DNA from: Chthoniobacteraceae bacterium
Lineage (GTDB): Bacteria; Verrucomicrobiota; Verrucomicrobiia; Chthoniobacterales; Chthoniobacteraceae
Assembly: GCA_031409335.1 (NCBI GenBank)
Contig: JANNWY010000063.1
Span: forward strand, 1 to 15,549
DNA: 15,549 bases
Reading direction: 5' to 3'
Every line of letters begins with the position of its first letter. Positions within the stretch are counted from its first letter, which is position 1. Both the position numbers and the translations under genes were made by a program. The notes beneath the pieces are model-generated. The model did no database searches. It saw nothing but the letters and a program-made list of their open reading frames with translations, and was not told the origin of the DNA. Below, in pieces: positions 15,078 through 15,549 of the stretch.

Positions 15078-15549
15078 ATGCCTCGCAAGACTTCCCGTTC
15101 CTCCGCCGCGCTCGTCGTGCGCCCCGATGCTCATCTCGCCGTCGTCCCCACGTCCGAGCGGCGGCTGAATTTTGGCGGGAAGTGGGCGTACGCGCCCGCG
15201 CCGGAGACTTCGCCGGTGAAGATCGCAGCGCGTTACGATTTGTTTGTGAATGGCGAATTCGTCGCGCCTAAAGCCGGGAAGGTTTTCGCTTCGGTAAATC
15301 CGGCGACGGAGAAAAAGCTCGCGGACATCGCGCAGGCGGACGCGGGCGACGTGGACCGCGCAGTCGCGGCGGCGCGGCGCGCGTTTAAGGGCTGGAGCCA
15401 GTTGCCGGGCCGCGAGCGTGGGAAGTATCTTTACCGGATCGCGCGGATCATTCAGGAGAAATCGCGCGAACTCGCCGTGCTCGAAACGATGGATGGCGGC
15501 AAGCCGATCAAGGAATCGCGCGACTTCGACCTGCCGCAGGTCGCCGCGC
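15078..15549 (+). CDS. Aldehyde dehydrogenase, 3' end outside window
   Basis: Not in the ORF track because there is no stop. MPRKTSR...WAYAPAPE...YDLFVNGEF...SVNPATE...DVDRAVAAARRAF...LAVLETMDGGKPIKESRD is an ALDH N-terminal region. Alternative ATG at 15066. Confidence 0.9.
   Translation, partial: MPRKTSRSSAALVVRPDAHLAVVPTSERRLNFGGKWAYAPAPETSPVKIAARYDLFVNGEFVAPKAGKVFASVNPATEKKLADIAQADAGDVDRAVAAARRAFKGWSQLPGRERGKYLYRIARIIQEKSRELAVLETMDGGKPIKESRDFDLPQVAA

Noticed and set aside
1..15549. CRISPR array, IS element, integrase or anti-phage system
   Set aside because: No regularly spaced repeats, terminal inverted repeats, recombinase motifs or nuclease/effector domains seen.

Overview
GC-rich bacterial window; a Verrucomicrobia-type host is inferred from the PEP-CTERM/autotransporter-repeat protein. 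Bases 1-11430 form a co-directional (+) cluster: Zn-dependent alcohol dehydrogenase (5' partial), SERCA-like P-type IIA ATPase, secreted BNR-repeat protein with a CQCC motif, NadR/Ttd14-like P-loop protein, USP, a second (CtpF/PacL-like) P-type ATPase, D-lactate dehydrogenase, and a glycine-zipper USP. This resembles a low-oxygen/stress module. The spacers hold three apparent P-type ATPase relics: a CopA-type C-terminal helix directly before the BNR gene, a diverged truncated copy of the ADH/ATPase-1 junction, and a 28-codon ATPase N-terminal remnant. The two intact ATPases differ sharply in ion-binding residues. The right end has a convergent 1050-aa PEP-CTERM surface protein, tRNA-Leu(CAA) with a sigma70-like promoter, and a divergent aldehyde dehydrogenase (3' partial). 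All calls come from reading the sequence; no database searches were run.
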